From contig JBHGNT010000011.1 in assembly GCA_043228905.1 (NCBI GenBank), forward strand, positions 8,556,001 through 8,620,000: a DNA stretch of 64,000 nt. Direction: 5' to 3'. Position 1 is the first letter of the stretch. Each line of letters opens with the position of its first letter. The translations under genes and the position numbers were made by a program. The DNA comes from Azolla caroliniana (Eukaryota > Plantae > Polypodiophyta). The notes beneath the pieces were generated by a model. That model was given only the letters and a program-made list of their open reading frames with translations. It ran no database searches and had not been told where the DNA came from. Below, piece after piece: positions 48,791 to 61,101 of this stretch.

Positions 48791-49850
48791 GCCCAGGGAA
48801 GAAGAGGCCAATTTGGTCAAGGCCGACACAACCAAGAGCAACCCCGAGAACACAACTTCTATTACCGACAAGATGTCTCGAACGCACGAGGCGGAGCGTC
48901 CGCATGAAGGGGGAGCAATCAAGCCGGACCCAACCAACAAAACAATCTTGCTCAGTGCGGATACTGTGGTAAATTCGGCCACTATGAGGCAGAGTGTCGG
49001 AAAAAGAAGAGTGAGTCAGTCTCCACAAGCCCACAACTCACAAACTACGCCTCCAACTCCGACTACGATAATCAGGGCAAAATGTTTGTGATGAGGCATA
49101 AAGCGCACTCGATGACAGCCTCAAACCCATCCAACACCTCCAAACCAGAAGATGTATGGTTTGTCAACTTTGGCGCATCGAACCACATGACATCCCACGA
49201 GGATTGGTTCAAGGAGCTACGAAGGCCCGAATGACCCAACTATGTGGAAACTGGGGATGACACAATTCACCCCATTCGGCATATCGGCAATGTCCCATCT
49301 GGGGAAGAAGGCAACCAAACATACATCAAGAACATTTTGCATGTTCCTACAATAACAAAGAACCTGGTCTCAGTTGGCCAGATATTCGAATAGTGGCGAT
49401 GGAGGATGCTTCATTGAAAAAGAATGTTGACTCACCACTAGGGATCGGAGAGAAGGTCGGATGTTTATCCTCGACGCTCATGAGATGAACTCAACAATGT
49501 ATGCTAAGGACCAGAGAGCCGACGTTGACATAGAGTTGTGGCACAAGTGAATTGGTCACAATAATGTCCAAAAGCTCAGAGGAATGTAGTCGTCTTCGGA
49601 CTTCCTACTTTTATCGAAAAGGAGAGAGCAGGCATGTGCGAAGCTTGTCAATTCAACAAACAACACCGTCAACCGTTCCCAAAGGAGAGGAACGTAAGCA
49701 AAGGGAGCGTAGATGTAATGCAATTAGATGTATGGGGACCAACCCATACGGTAACATTCGGTGGTTGCCGATACTACATAACATTCATCGACGACTTCTC
49801 CAGACATACTTGGATCTACCCTATGCGGCAAAAGAGTGAAGTGTTCATGT
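48790..49850 (+). mobile_element. Degenerate Ty1/copia gag C-terminus, protease and integrase
   Basis: CGYCGKFGHYEAECRKK, WFVNFGASNHMTSH, ELWHK*IGH, CEACQFNKQHRQPF, QLDVWGP, YITFIDDFSRHTWIY. Confidence 0.85.
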
Positions 49851-50889
49851 CACAAATTGCAGCATGCCGCTATCATGTCACAAATTGCAACACGCATTTG
49901 GTTGAGGCCAGTTTGGGAAAAGGTAAAGTTCAAGGATTGAGAAGATAGATTAGTATACTTGTTAGAGGAGGCTTAATGGAAGAGATGAGAGAAGGTAAAA
50001 TCGTAGCATTATCCAATTATTGAGCGTAAGGGCAAGAGAGAGAAAAAAGGAGTGACACACAATTATTGAGAGGCAAAAACTACTTTCCATTCATGTCCCC
50101 TATGGTGGGGTTATATAGGTACATTACATTAGGATAACAATCCATGAACATCCAATGAGTGTTGTAGGTTAGTTACATAATGTTCTAACAACCTAGACCC
50201 ATTTTACAACCCTTCTGTTAGTCAATCCCGAAGTAGGGGAGGATGTTTTGACATTGCTAAAATATTATTGCTGGGGCGTGTCATCCACAAGGACTCTTGA
50301 AGATGGTTCAACTAATGCCAATTGGACACCAAAACCAATTGAAGAATCCAAACCGACAAACTCGGCACCCAGGAGATCCAGACGAGTCAAAAGGCCGATA
50401 CAGTATTGTTATTTCCCTTTAGGTAAGGTATTTCAAAGGTATTCCATTAGAAAGACCATCCATTTTTTATGTGATGTGATACATGATTTTTCTCATTAAT
50501 TATGAAACACTCGATTCCTTCGTTATTACTTCATTTCCCACAACTATATGTCATATTTCCCTTCATTACAAACTTATTCTTTGCTTAGCATTTAAGAGAA
50601 TGTGAGCTACCGCTTTTCAATACAATAATTATACATGTTAGAGTATAAGGACAAAAATCATTTACCAATGTAAGTAACGTGACCGCCTCAAAAAGGTATG
50701 ATGATGAAACTTACTAAAATTATTTACCACAAAAGAAACCACCATGTAATGTAAGGTGCGATACGTAATGGCAGACAATGTTGCAACGAACCAATAAGCT
50801 AAGCGTGGAAAATTTGTTTGCAATATAGAAAAGAATGGTTTGGTGATGAAACCAAATCGTTTCTCTTTCCATGTCAATGAAGGTTTATT

Positions 50890-51600
50890 GCATCATTCAA
50901 ATGAATACAAATCAGGATTATAGGGACATAAGCTTATAAAATAACGACACCTGATTCTAAACCAGTTGATGCAAATACGATCAAAGGAAGAGCAAGATGT
51001 GCTAATAGCAAGATACCCCTCATGGATAGCATGGTCCGAGCAAAGCCGCTCGAAATCTTGACTGAACTATAACCAGCCATCATATTAACAAATAAACATA
51101 TTCCTAAGCTTAATGCATGAAAACGATAAGGATTAACTCGAAAAATATCCTGGGAAAGGCGCTAACGGTGGAGGTACACCCGGCAATAATAAGAGACTGA
51201 AAGGATGAGGCCCCTGTGTTTAAGACCCCACTAAGATAGTTCCAAGAGAAAGAGAGAATAGAAAATGACTTATTACCGTAAAACTATAAACTACCATACC
51301 TTACAAATTACGAAATAATGGAAAGGTAAAAGTAATGAGGATCGGGAGAGAAGAATATTATTTCGAAACGCCACTAATTTATTCGTTCACTCGATTGTGC
51401 ACAAAATCATAAGTCATCTCCACTAGGGATTATGAAGCATTCATTACTAAGTGTCCTCCATTTGAGGTCACCAAGTGAACTAGGAGCCGGATTAGACACA
51501 TGGTCGGTGACATAGATTGAATTGATAAATAAAATATACGAATTTCCTATATGGATGGAAATCGATAGAATAATGAAAAAGGATAGACTGTAAGTCGTGA
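50890..51600 (-). pseudogene. atp6: Nuclear copy of mitochondrial atp6 (NUMT), unedited and decayed
   Basis: The minus strand translates to LSLGICLFVNMMAGYSSVKISSGFARTML (consensus LSLGIRLFANMMAGHSLVKILSGFAWTML) and ASTGLESGVVIL*AYVP (consensus ALTGLELGVAILQAYVF). Upstream are GVPPPLAPF and YDFV..VNE. Confidence 0.85.
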
Positions 51601-51639
51601 TGAATTGAAGGGTTTTGTTCCAACATGCAATGAAAGAGG

Positions 51640-52310
51640 GTTGTTCTTAACGTTTATCAATTTTTCGAACTAGCTCTGTTGAAGACCTCATATGAGATTT
51701 GGCTCAACCTAGCCCCAACAATGGTAGAATATTTCTGAGATGTCAACGAGCAAGTTGTACCTTTATTCATTGACAACATCTTCCGCTTCGCCAAAAATCG
51801 AGGAATCAGAAGTCTCTGCTTTCTTTTTGGCAGGTAGAATGCCAATGAAAACCATTTCTTCGGCCGTCAAGCAAGCAAGTTGTGCGTTATCAACTGGTTC
51901 TTCCCGCCCAACCAAGTCTTTATAGGAAAGAATTCCAAATCAATAACTTCCATTCAAGCGCACTTGCGAATGATCTGACTAACCTAGCCCCCGGTACAAG
52001 CATTTGCACACCTAGATGCTACTACTACGCCGATTCTTCCCGCCCAACCAAGTCTTTATAGGAAAGAATTCCAAATCAATAACTTCCACTCAAGCGCACT
52101 TGCGAATGATCTGACTAACCTAGCCCCCGGTACAAGCATTTGCACACCTAGATGCTACTACTACGCCGCTTTCAAGAAGATTAGATGAAGAATATCTATG
52201 TGGCCCATTCATTTGTCTTCATGAGGCGGTGAGGGCCAAAATAAAAGCCAAGGCAGCTTCGGAGCGAACTCTATAATCAAAGCCAAGATTAGCTTTAGAC
52301 AATTCCGTCA
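51640..52310 (+). pseudogene. atpB: Plastid atpB fragments (with a ~145-bp tandem duplication) and a probable atpE 3' end
   Basis: TMVEYF*DVNEQVVPLFIDNIFRF, SEVSA..GRMP, ITSIQA and DLT..AP.T.FAHLDATT. The block TTCTTCCCGCCC...GATGCTACTACTACGCCG occurs twice (~51898 and ~52034). Confidence 0.8.
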
Positions 52311-52917
52311 AGCACCATGAAGCGCTGGCTTGAGAAGTATCGCAAGACTTGACTTTCTACGCCTTACTCTTAATGAGTGAAACTTTCCGTATCCATTACT
52401 CTTTTACAATTGATTATTTGATAGATATGGAATGTGATGAGATACACTCTAATCATCTCATACGACCGCCCCGATGAACACCAGCACAACTAATCACCTT
52501 ACGATGGTTAGCAAAATTCTCTCTCGGTAAATTGGGTCAATGAGACCATTGGCGTTCGTTTTAGAATCGGATAATTACATGTCCCACATCCACTAATCGT
52601 CGGGCCACCGAACAATGCTTCATCCATAAGGTAGCCAGAAAATTGGACCTTTAGTTTAGTTAGGTTTTCATCGCTTTCCGCACGCCTAGTCGAAATCAAG
52701 TCGACCTTCCCCCATTTACTTTTTTTCATAGAAGCAATAGCGGCATGTATAGTGCTCGGTCTATCTAATTTGTATCGGAACGAAAGCAACAATGAACCGC
52801 ATCATCCACGAGTCTTCCATCGACAAAGGACTAGCTCTGGCTCACGACGAATGCAAGCTGGAAAACACGGAACTTGGTACTTGGTTAGTGAAACCATGCA
52901 TGAAAAATCTTATTAAG

Positions 52918-52991
52918 TTACCCACTACTAGATTCGAACCAATGACTTTCGCCATGTGAAAGCGATACTCTAACCCCTGAGTTAAGTAGAT
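52918..52991 (-). pseudogene. trnM: Plastid-type elongator tRNA-Met (trnM-CAU) copy with the anticodon altered to CAC
   Basis: The minus strand TCTACTTAACTCAGGGGTTAGAGTATCGCTTTCACATGGCGAAAGTCATTGGTTCGAATCTAGTAGTGGGTA matches plastid trnM. It lies downstream of and convergent with atpB/atpE, as in plastomes. Confidence 0.8.
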
Positions 52992-53399
52992 TGGGCAGTT
53001 TCATAGCATGTCATCGAGCCTTAGAAGTCAAGGCGACCATTCTATCTACAAGATTTTCTATCAATTCCTGCATACTGTTCAAGGAAACTCGTGGGTTCCT
53101 GCTTTCCCTCAATGCCGAGTTGCTCTTTATGGCCTAGTAAGAATTCAATAAATTGAGTAGTTGCACCTATTGGTATAATAAGATATTCGTCTGAACTCCT
53201 ACATCAATACCATTTATGTGGGTCTGGGTCGCAACATCAATAACATCATCCACACCTTGATCCTTACTACCTTTCTCAACCAGTTGGTTGTCAACAACGT
53301 CGCTGTCAGAGGCCTATCAAGTGACATTATTTCATTGAATACTTTTTTCCTCCGCTAACGGCCAACGAAAGAAAGAACTGCCATAAATATCATGAACAG

Positions 53400-55570
53400 G
53401 CCTTGTGTTGGCAAGGAAAGCAACCGCAAATCACGCTAATGTTGTTGTTGTCCATGGGCCAAAATGGTAATTCAAAGAAACGTAAGAGGAAGTATGCGTA
53501 GCCAAGAACGGGAAGAAGCAAAGCACGCCGAAGCAAAGAGGAAGGGAAAAGCTATAAAACGAAGAACATGAGAATGAGACAAGGGGGGCGAGAGCAAGGG
53601 AAAAAGGGAACTATAACCTGTGATTATGGGATTTCGAGGATCTAGGTCATACTATCACTTCGCTGTTAATTCCGATCGTGGGCCATGTAACTGTATTCAT
53701 TACCTACTCGTAATACGTATAGTTTTGGGTCTATTTCTTGTGTTGGTGTTATGTGATTGTTGTCCCTTATGAAATTGATGTGGTGAAACACTATCTAGGA
53801 AGAAACCTCCCTTATGTAACGTATTTGAAATCCTGTTTTCTGGTGTCGCCCTGACCACCACGTACCACAACTCTTGGTCCGATTTCGGCTAGGAAATCGA
53901 AGGTGTCGCCTCTGGGAAGGAAGGCAACACAATTTGGCATTCCCGGTTCACACTGTGCAGCACAGCGGACTCATGTTGGTGGTCATCCCAGTTGCCATTA
54001 TGACGCCAAATAGAGTTACTCACTCTCAGCTGCCACCCTGCCGCACAGAGCCCATCGAGGACACAACCAATTCCGTGCTCACACAACACTTGTCCCCGGA
54101 ATCGCAATCTTCGCCACCGGTGATCCTAGACACACAGTCGCAAATCGGTCCTAACCTTGCTACCCCTCTTAAGTCCTCCAAAAGTCTCACCACAACCAGA
54201 GCTCAACCCTTTCCCGGCCCTACTGGAAGATCCAGAGCTTGACACAACGTCATACCACCCCTATGCCCGCTACACGGATGGCCCGGACGCTGACGGCCGC
54301 ATCCGTTACTTTCTCGACACATGGCATAGCGTCTCACCGCCGAGGAGGTCAACGCCTCCAAAATCGCCGAATTCACTCTCTCCCTCGACAGCCCCATTGC
54401 ACAGTGGTATTCCTGGCACGATCTTAGGGAGTTTACCACATTCCAGGATGTCCGCAACTAGTTTCTGGAATTATTCCACCAAGAGGTCCCGAAGCGGGAA
54501 TTGCTTCATCAATTCTATACGATCGGCCAAGGACCTACCGAAACCGTGTCCAAGTTTGTTTGCCGCTTTCAAGACCTATACCGCCAACTCGCACAAGATA
54601 TATCTGTGAATCATTTGAAAGATACGTTTCTGGCCGGCCTCCGTGAGCCTCTACGCACGACATTGGCTCTTACGGATTTTTCTCAACATACCATCGAGCA
54701 AGTGGTCACCTTCGTCCTTGCGTTGGATAGGGCACATCATAATAATTCATTCGCTATGGGCATACTTCAAACCGCCTTGGCAATGACCGAGGAAACTAGT
54801 TCCGATAAGCATTGCAATGCACGATATGTGCCCAATCTGGCCACTCCGCTCTTGACTATCTTTCACGACCACACTGCCCCATCTGCCATTCAAGGGTCCA
54901 TATGGTGGAGCAATGTGAATACAACCTGCTGAACCGAACGAACACGGCCCCAATCCACCAAATTGAGCCCCGCGCCAACCACACACAACCTCATGAGCAA
55001 CCACCTCCACGGAACCAAAAACCGACACGGCCATGGGAAAACGATAGGCCCCATTGCAACAAAGGGGGCAATTCTGAACTGGACAATTCACATAGGGATA
55101 ACCAGTATCAGTCGGAGCCCCCTTGCTACCCCAACCAATCCCACCACATGAATGATCATTGGCACTATCATCAGGACCACCGCCACTACTATAGGAATTA
55201 CGGCCACAACGACTACGATGCACCTCAGCATTCACGGTACGATCGACGGAATAATCGTGGTTTCCAAGCTTCAAGGAACTGACGTCACTTGACAACCGTC
55301 GCCGCGATAATCAACGCATCGATAATTGGCGAACCCCAGAAATTGAGTCTCGGGGCAACCCTCCACAAGCATATCCCCAACCGGGCGGGAAGACCCGGCA
55401 CACAATCTAGCACAACCCCAATTCGAGCATGGAGAGTCCAGTACCTCGACAACAACCACATGCTTCAATTGTAACCAACCCGACCACTACGCCAACCAAT
55501 GCCCTACCAACACTCGTGGAAAAGCATCGGCTATAAATATGATTACGGTTGACATGCAATAGGTGACTAC
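53400..55570 (+). mobile_element. Degenerate Ty3/gypsy 5' region (possible LTR; gag with several zinc knuckles)
   Basis: QGPTETVSKFVCRF..., KDTFLAGLR, CTICAQSGHSALD, CPICHSRVHMVEQC and TCFNCNQPDHYANQCP. The LTR limits are uncertain. Confidence 0.7.
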
Positions 55571-55574
55571 ACGA

Positions 55575-57408
55575 ATATGTGATGCTTACAGATGAGGGAG
55601 AGTTAGACAGTTGAGAGAAGTTATGGCACATGATCAAAAAGAGAAATGGCTTGAGGCCATGAACGATGAAATGAAGACTTTGCAAGACAATCACACTTAT
55701 GACTTGGTAAAGCTGCCTAAGGGCAAAAGAGTGTTGGTAAACAAATGGGTTTACAAGCTGAAGACTAAGGAACATTGCTCACAACCAGAATAAAAGGCAA
55801 GATTGGTTGTAAAGGGGGGGGTTCAATCAAGGTATCAATTTCAAGAAGAGTTTTTCAACAGTGGTAAAGATGTCCTCAATATCACTTGTACTTGGGATCG
55901 CAACTAGCCTCAATCTAGAAATTGAACAACTTGATGTAAAGCCCTCCTTCCTTCATGGCGATCTAGAGGAAGAAATTTACATGAAGCAACATGAGGGATT
56001 TGGAGTCATAGGAAAAGAAATTCTGGTATGCAGGTTAAAGAAGAGCTTGTACGGTCTAAAACAAGCTCCTGAACTTTGGTACAAAAAAATTGACTCGTTT
56101 ATGTCAAACCATGGGTATAACATTACTAACTCAAATCACTTTGTGTTCTTTAAGAACTTCTCAAACGGTGATCTTATCATTCTACTCTTATATATAGACG
56201 ATATGTTGATTGTTGGTCAAGACATCAACAAGATTGGGAAATTGAAAAGAGAGCTTAGCAAATCATTTGCTTTGAAAGACTACGATAACACTATGGGTAT
56301 TATGGAAATGTAGATGCAGTCGACTTTACGATGCCGCAAAGCTTGGCATTCCAAAGGTATTGCTTGAGATATGGGAAACATTGTTGACAGTAGTTCGTGG
56401 GCAGTATAATAACATGGCTGGTTCTCCAGAAAATATTCATAAAAGAAAGACGAAGCTTCTTCACTTATGGAGGAAGGGGCCTCTCTTTGTAATGACAAAC
56501 CAAAGACCTCAATGGAATTATCATCTTCCATGGACCTTTTCTTGATATAAAACCATGTTAATGTATCGTTTAAGGCTCAACAACCCTATATAAGTTGTTT
56601 TTGTATGTACAAGTTTAGGTGTACATACATTACGTTGTAAACCTACGGGCAAATAACTTTCACTTGTACTTTCTCGATGTTTTAGCCAGTCAACATTCCA
56701 CACGTGGGCCACGTTAAACTCAACTAAACATAGTGTCGTACAAGTGAGGAAGAACAAGGAACAATAAAACAAATACCATATGATAGAGAACCTTTAAGTT
56801 TGCCCCAACTTGAGATGGAGGGGGAGAATTGTGGGGTTTTTCCACTAAAGTGGGACCCACAACTCCAAGCTAGCTAAGGGCCTAAAGCCGGCTAAGAGCC
56901 AAAAGTAAGGTAAGGGGAAGAAGAAAACACATAGACAACACGTGACTAAAAGATAAACACAGAGTGTGAGTGACTCAAAAAGGAAGAAGATGAGAGTGTA
57001 AGAGCATTTCTAGATCCTACAGACAAAAGGAAAGAGACTTTGAAAGCGTGTTCATGCCTCCACAAGAAGCTTGCACCCCTCAATTGGGCAACAACTTTCC
57101 TGTTTGTTTCTATCGTGTTTTGTTCTACGTTTTATTTGTCTTCCTATTTGATCTTTCAGTTCAGTCAGGTGAAGACTGCTACCACGGCTGCAGCCTTGAT
57201 GCAAATGTATCCATCCCTCTAGTGAAAACTAAAGAGGTTATTGTCACTTGTACCCTGAGCATAGTGAAAGTTTTGGTACCCTAAGAGTCTCGTGGTTTTT
57301 TTCTGACTTGGGTTTTCCACGGAAAAATCTCGTGTACTCAGTTTACAGTTGTGTCTGTTATTTATTGAGTTGCTAATCCAAGCTAATCACGATCCCCAGT
57401 TCCTAACA
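55575..57408 (+). mobile_element. 3' part of a degenerate Ty1/copia element (RT fragment, PPT, 3' LTR)
   Basis: EQLDVKPSFLHGDLEEEIYM, LKKSLYGLKQAP, LYIDDML; PPT GGAGGGGGAG at ~56817-56826; LTR TGTGGGG...CTAACA at 56830-57408. Confidence 0.85.
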
Positions 57409-58122
57409 CACTATAATATGAAAGACAAAGCAAATGGGTGTGATAGATGATGTTACCATATTCTATCAAGCGAGCTCAGTGATGCTCACAGAATACATGC
57501 ATCAATGCTGCTACTACTATTTGTGGATATGAGAAACTATGGGAGTTGGTGATAGCTATCTAGAATTTGATATTCAATTGTGTGAATAGAGAGAGATATG
57601 AAGGTGAATGAATTGACAAATAGACAATTGGCCTGCATCATATGGAAATGACTTCCCAATTACTTTTAGATAGACAGTTAACATTTATTGATCAACAGTT
57701 CATAAATAAACATAATAGTCTAACAACATTGCACCTTCAAGAAAATGATTACTGCAACCTTAAGCTACAGTTTTCTTTAACTACTCACATATGCTTGGGT
57801 AACGCAGAATGAAATTGTGTTGAATTGCTACAACATTTAAATTTTCCACAGCTATACAGAATGAAGAAGAATATTGTAACAAATATCAACGTATATATTG
57901 AATTCTTTCTTACATTCAGAGGTTCATTTACCTGTCCTAATCCCTCAATGGCATTATCAAGGAGTATGTCTCAATGCCATGGGTAAATGAGGAGGAGGAC
58001 TGCGTATCATGCATATATCTGCAATTTGCAGAATATATAAACCCTTTCCTTGATAAATGCGTTTTTATGCTGAAAGGAATGAACTAATCTAATAGAATGC
58101 ACACCCACACAGACAGCAAATT

Positions 58123-59346
58123 CTATCGTCCTCCAGCATCCTTATAATTGCCCATCATCACTTTTCTATACTCTGTGGTCATCCATTTTCAAAGGAAACA
58201 TTAAACCATGGAAATGCTGGTATAGCTAATTAGAACTGTGATGGATTTTGCAACAGAAATAGATCATTCTAAAGAATGTGTACCTTCTTGGTTAGACCAC
58301 ATGGTCGCAGCATAGTTATTGAGAGGGCTATCATTGTTGGGTTCTGTTGCAGAGCGATGAAAGAAAATGGCACAAGAATTTCAGAATAAAAAAAACTCCA
58401 CCTCCTATTTACACATGCATTGAAAGGAACAGATATGGTATACAAAACTACCTCCCAAAAGACTTTGGATGGACAAAAGAACTGTTCTCACATCATATGC
58501 AGATGACCACTTGTCCTGAAAATGGCAAGAAGTAGAGATGATTGTATACATAAACATTGTTAGATGCATTTTGAGGTAAGAATAGTGATTGGACATTACC
58601 TGGAGAATGTCAAGGCAAATGTTGCCATGTTGATCAACGTTGGGATGGAAGCATGGAGAATCAAACTTCACCATGGGTGGCTTAAACGGATAATCGGTAG
58701 GAAATTTCATGGTCAATTTGTAGGACAAACCATCATACACAGTCCCGGCACTACCTTTGATGGTACCAATCCAGGAGAAGATGTTGTCACCCTCTGGAAA
58801 CGCGGAGATGCCAGGATCTCCCCTCGTCTGCGAAATATATATGTATATATGGGCTTTTGATAACTCAAAATGTGTGCCTGCCTGCCTGCCTGCCTGCCTA
58901 CACACAGTATGAAAGAAGAGTAGTAGGCGTTCTTACCATTAAGGCCATGAGTTCAGACTGGAGCCTAAAAAATAATGGAGAAGAAAGATATATCAGCAAG
59001 GAAAAGAGAGTTCAATCATCATTCTGCAGAATGCAGATTATCAAAAGAATAGTAGAAACTGAACAAATAACAGAAAACAAGTAAGAGGCATAACAGAGAA
59101 GGCCAGTACAGTAAGTGAAGGGGGAACATCAAACAACAACATGATAGCGAGGTGGTGTAAGAGCTGAGAAAGGAGAAGAAAGACTTCGTTTGATGAGAAA
59201 AAGGAGAAGAAGTGAAATACCTACCTCCTGGAGACAGAATGGGTTTCGACAGGGTTAGAAGGGGCTTTGTTGTTCTTGAGGAGAGGAGTGGTAGGAGCGA
59301 CGAGGCTTTGTTGGTTATCCTCCTGCTGTTGTCTGTCCACAGCCAT
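58123..59346 (-). CDS. UBC19: Ubiquitin-conjugating enzyme E2, UBC19/UBC20 (UBE2C/E2-C, APC/C-associated), 6 exons
   Basis: Exons 59346-59225, 58964-58937, 58827-58600, 58515-58452, 58343-58284, 58172-58123, GT-AG and in phase. Motifs [65 protein letters not shown]. Confidence 0.95.
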
Positions 59347-59394
59347 GGCGGCGAGATATGGAGATTTTGGTTGGAGCTCCGCTCTGCTCTGCTC

Positions 59395-59475
59395 TCACCT
59401 GATCTGATCTGATCTGATCTGATGTGGTCGATAGATAGATCGATTAGATTAGATTAGATTAGATTAGATAGATGA
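59395..59475. repeat. (GATCT)n and (GATTA)n microsatellites in the UBC 5' UTR
   Basis: Directly visible pentanucleotide repeats upstream of the ATG. Confidence 0.8.
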
Positions 59476-59493
59476 TGGTTCGCAGCCAAAGCA

Positions 59494-59750
59494 GCCTATA
59501 TATAATTAAAGAATGGATGGACGAAGAAGAAGAGGAAGAGAGGGAGTCCTTCCTGAGGATTTATTTGTTTGTTGCTTGCTCCCTCTCTCTACTACGTGTT
59601 AAATAACGGGTGTCTCTTCTGACAGAGAGAGAATGAGAGAGCTCCTTGTTGTTTTGTTCAGTTGACCGTTGTAAGGGCATCATACTATTTATTAACAAAA
59701 TGGAAGGGAAGGCTCCTTCCTCTCTATTTGCAACGACATCTAACCGGCTG
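59494..59750 (-). promoter_or_regulatory. UBC19/20 promoter: TATA box and MSA-like AACGG cores
   Basis: TATATATA at ~59496-59504; TAACGG at ~59604-59609 (plus strand) and CAACGGTC at ~59664-59671 (minus strand). MSA elements are typical of G2/M genes regulated by MYB3R. Confidence 0.55.
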
Positions 59751-59903
59751 AATATTTATTTTCTAACCCAATGACCCATATCATATAATGATCCTCTTCT
59801 ATTTGCTATCCTCTAGAGCAATGAGAAAGCACGGAGAAAATACCTTTCCTTGGAGCACTCCCAATTTCCATCTACACCTCCCTAGATATATGGAGGCAGT
59901 ATG

Positions 59904-60451
59904 TAACAATGGGCACAGTTCCGTTTCGGTTCGATTCGGTTTCATTGCCTTGAAATCGAACCGAACAGAACCAAACCATTTATATAAAACAAAAACCAAG
60001 CCAAACCTTTTAAGAACTCTCAAGCCATTTAAAGTAAACCATTTAAGAAAAGGTAAACCCAAACGGGAACGTTGAAACCAAACCGAACCATTTAATAAAA
60101 AATTAAAACCTAATCATTTAAGTCAAACTAATTAAAAATCTAAATAAACAAAAATACATTAAATTAAATATGCATTTCAGTTAAAATTTATTAAATCATT
60201 AAAAGAAACTATAACTAAACCATTAAATTAAATAAACATTTAAGTTATATTAAAAACCCATTAAATTAATAAACTATTAAGGTAAAAAAAAAACCTATAA
60301 ACCGATAAATCTAAGTTTTAGAACCAAACTTAACCGAAACTGAACCATTTATTAAAAATCCAAACCATTCAATCTATGTCGAACCAATAAACCGTTTTAA
60401 CCATGGCTTAATGGTTCGGTTCATATTGAGATAAAACTGTGCCCATTGCTA
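59904..60451. mobile_element. hAT-type MITE
   Basis: 17-bp TIRs TA(A/G)CAATGGGCACAGTT, 8-bp TSD GCAGTATG/GCCGTATG, subterminal AACCG repeats and an AT-rich core. Confidence 0.9.
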
Positions 60452-61101
60452 GCCGTATGGAATGTACCAAAGTAGCCACCTCATCTAGAAATATAGAAAA
60501 ATTTCTCGGATAAGAATTTTGATTCATACTTATAGTGTATCTTCTCCAAGACTACTAGTCTAAAGCTAGAGTTAAGCTTGAAATATGTTTTCTTTTCTCC
60601 AATGGCATTTTTCGGTTATGATACAAATCTAGAGTTTTTTTCTTTGGTAAGAAGCATGCAAATGTCATATTTTGCATAAATGATGTATAATGAGTGGATT
60701 TATTGGGCAAAATTTCTTCTTGATTGAAATCTCAGTTGATTGTTGGTGTACGATGGGAAGTTTCTCACAAATCTTTTCCCATTGTCACAACAATGTATCT
60801 ATGCAAGAAACTCATTTTTTCATTTAAGATATTTGTTTTAACCATATTCTTTTTGTTTCTTTCATTTGTCTTGTTTCTTCTTGTTTTCATTTTGTGATGC
60901 TAAATTTGATGACCTTGAACTTGTGTGGATGCAATTCAATAGCAATCTCTATGAGCAAAGTGTAGTGTTTTCGATTAGTATGATATGTGGTGTCCCTAAA
61001 TACATATGGCTTCGTAGGTGGCGACAGTAGCTCCACGGTAGTTAGCCATTGTCGGCTCCTTCTTACCGCTCCACGCTACCAAGAGAGAACATAAAGCCGG
61101 A

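Noticed and set aside
52918-52991. Functional tRNA-Val(CAC) by anticodon switch
   Set aside because: The body is plastid trnM with stem mismatches inside a decayed organellar insert; a pseudogene is the simpler reading.
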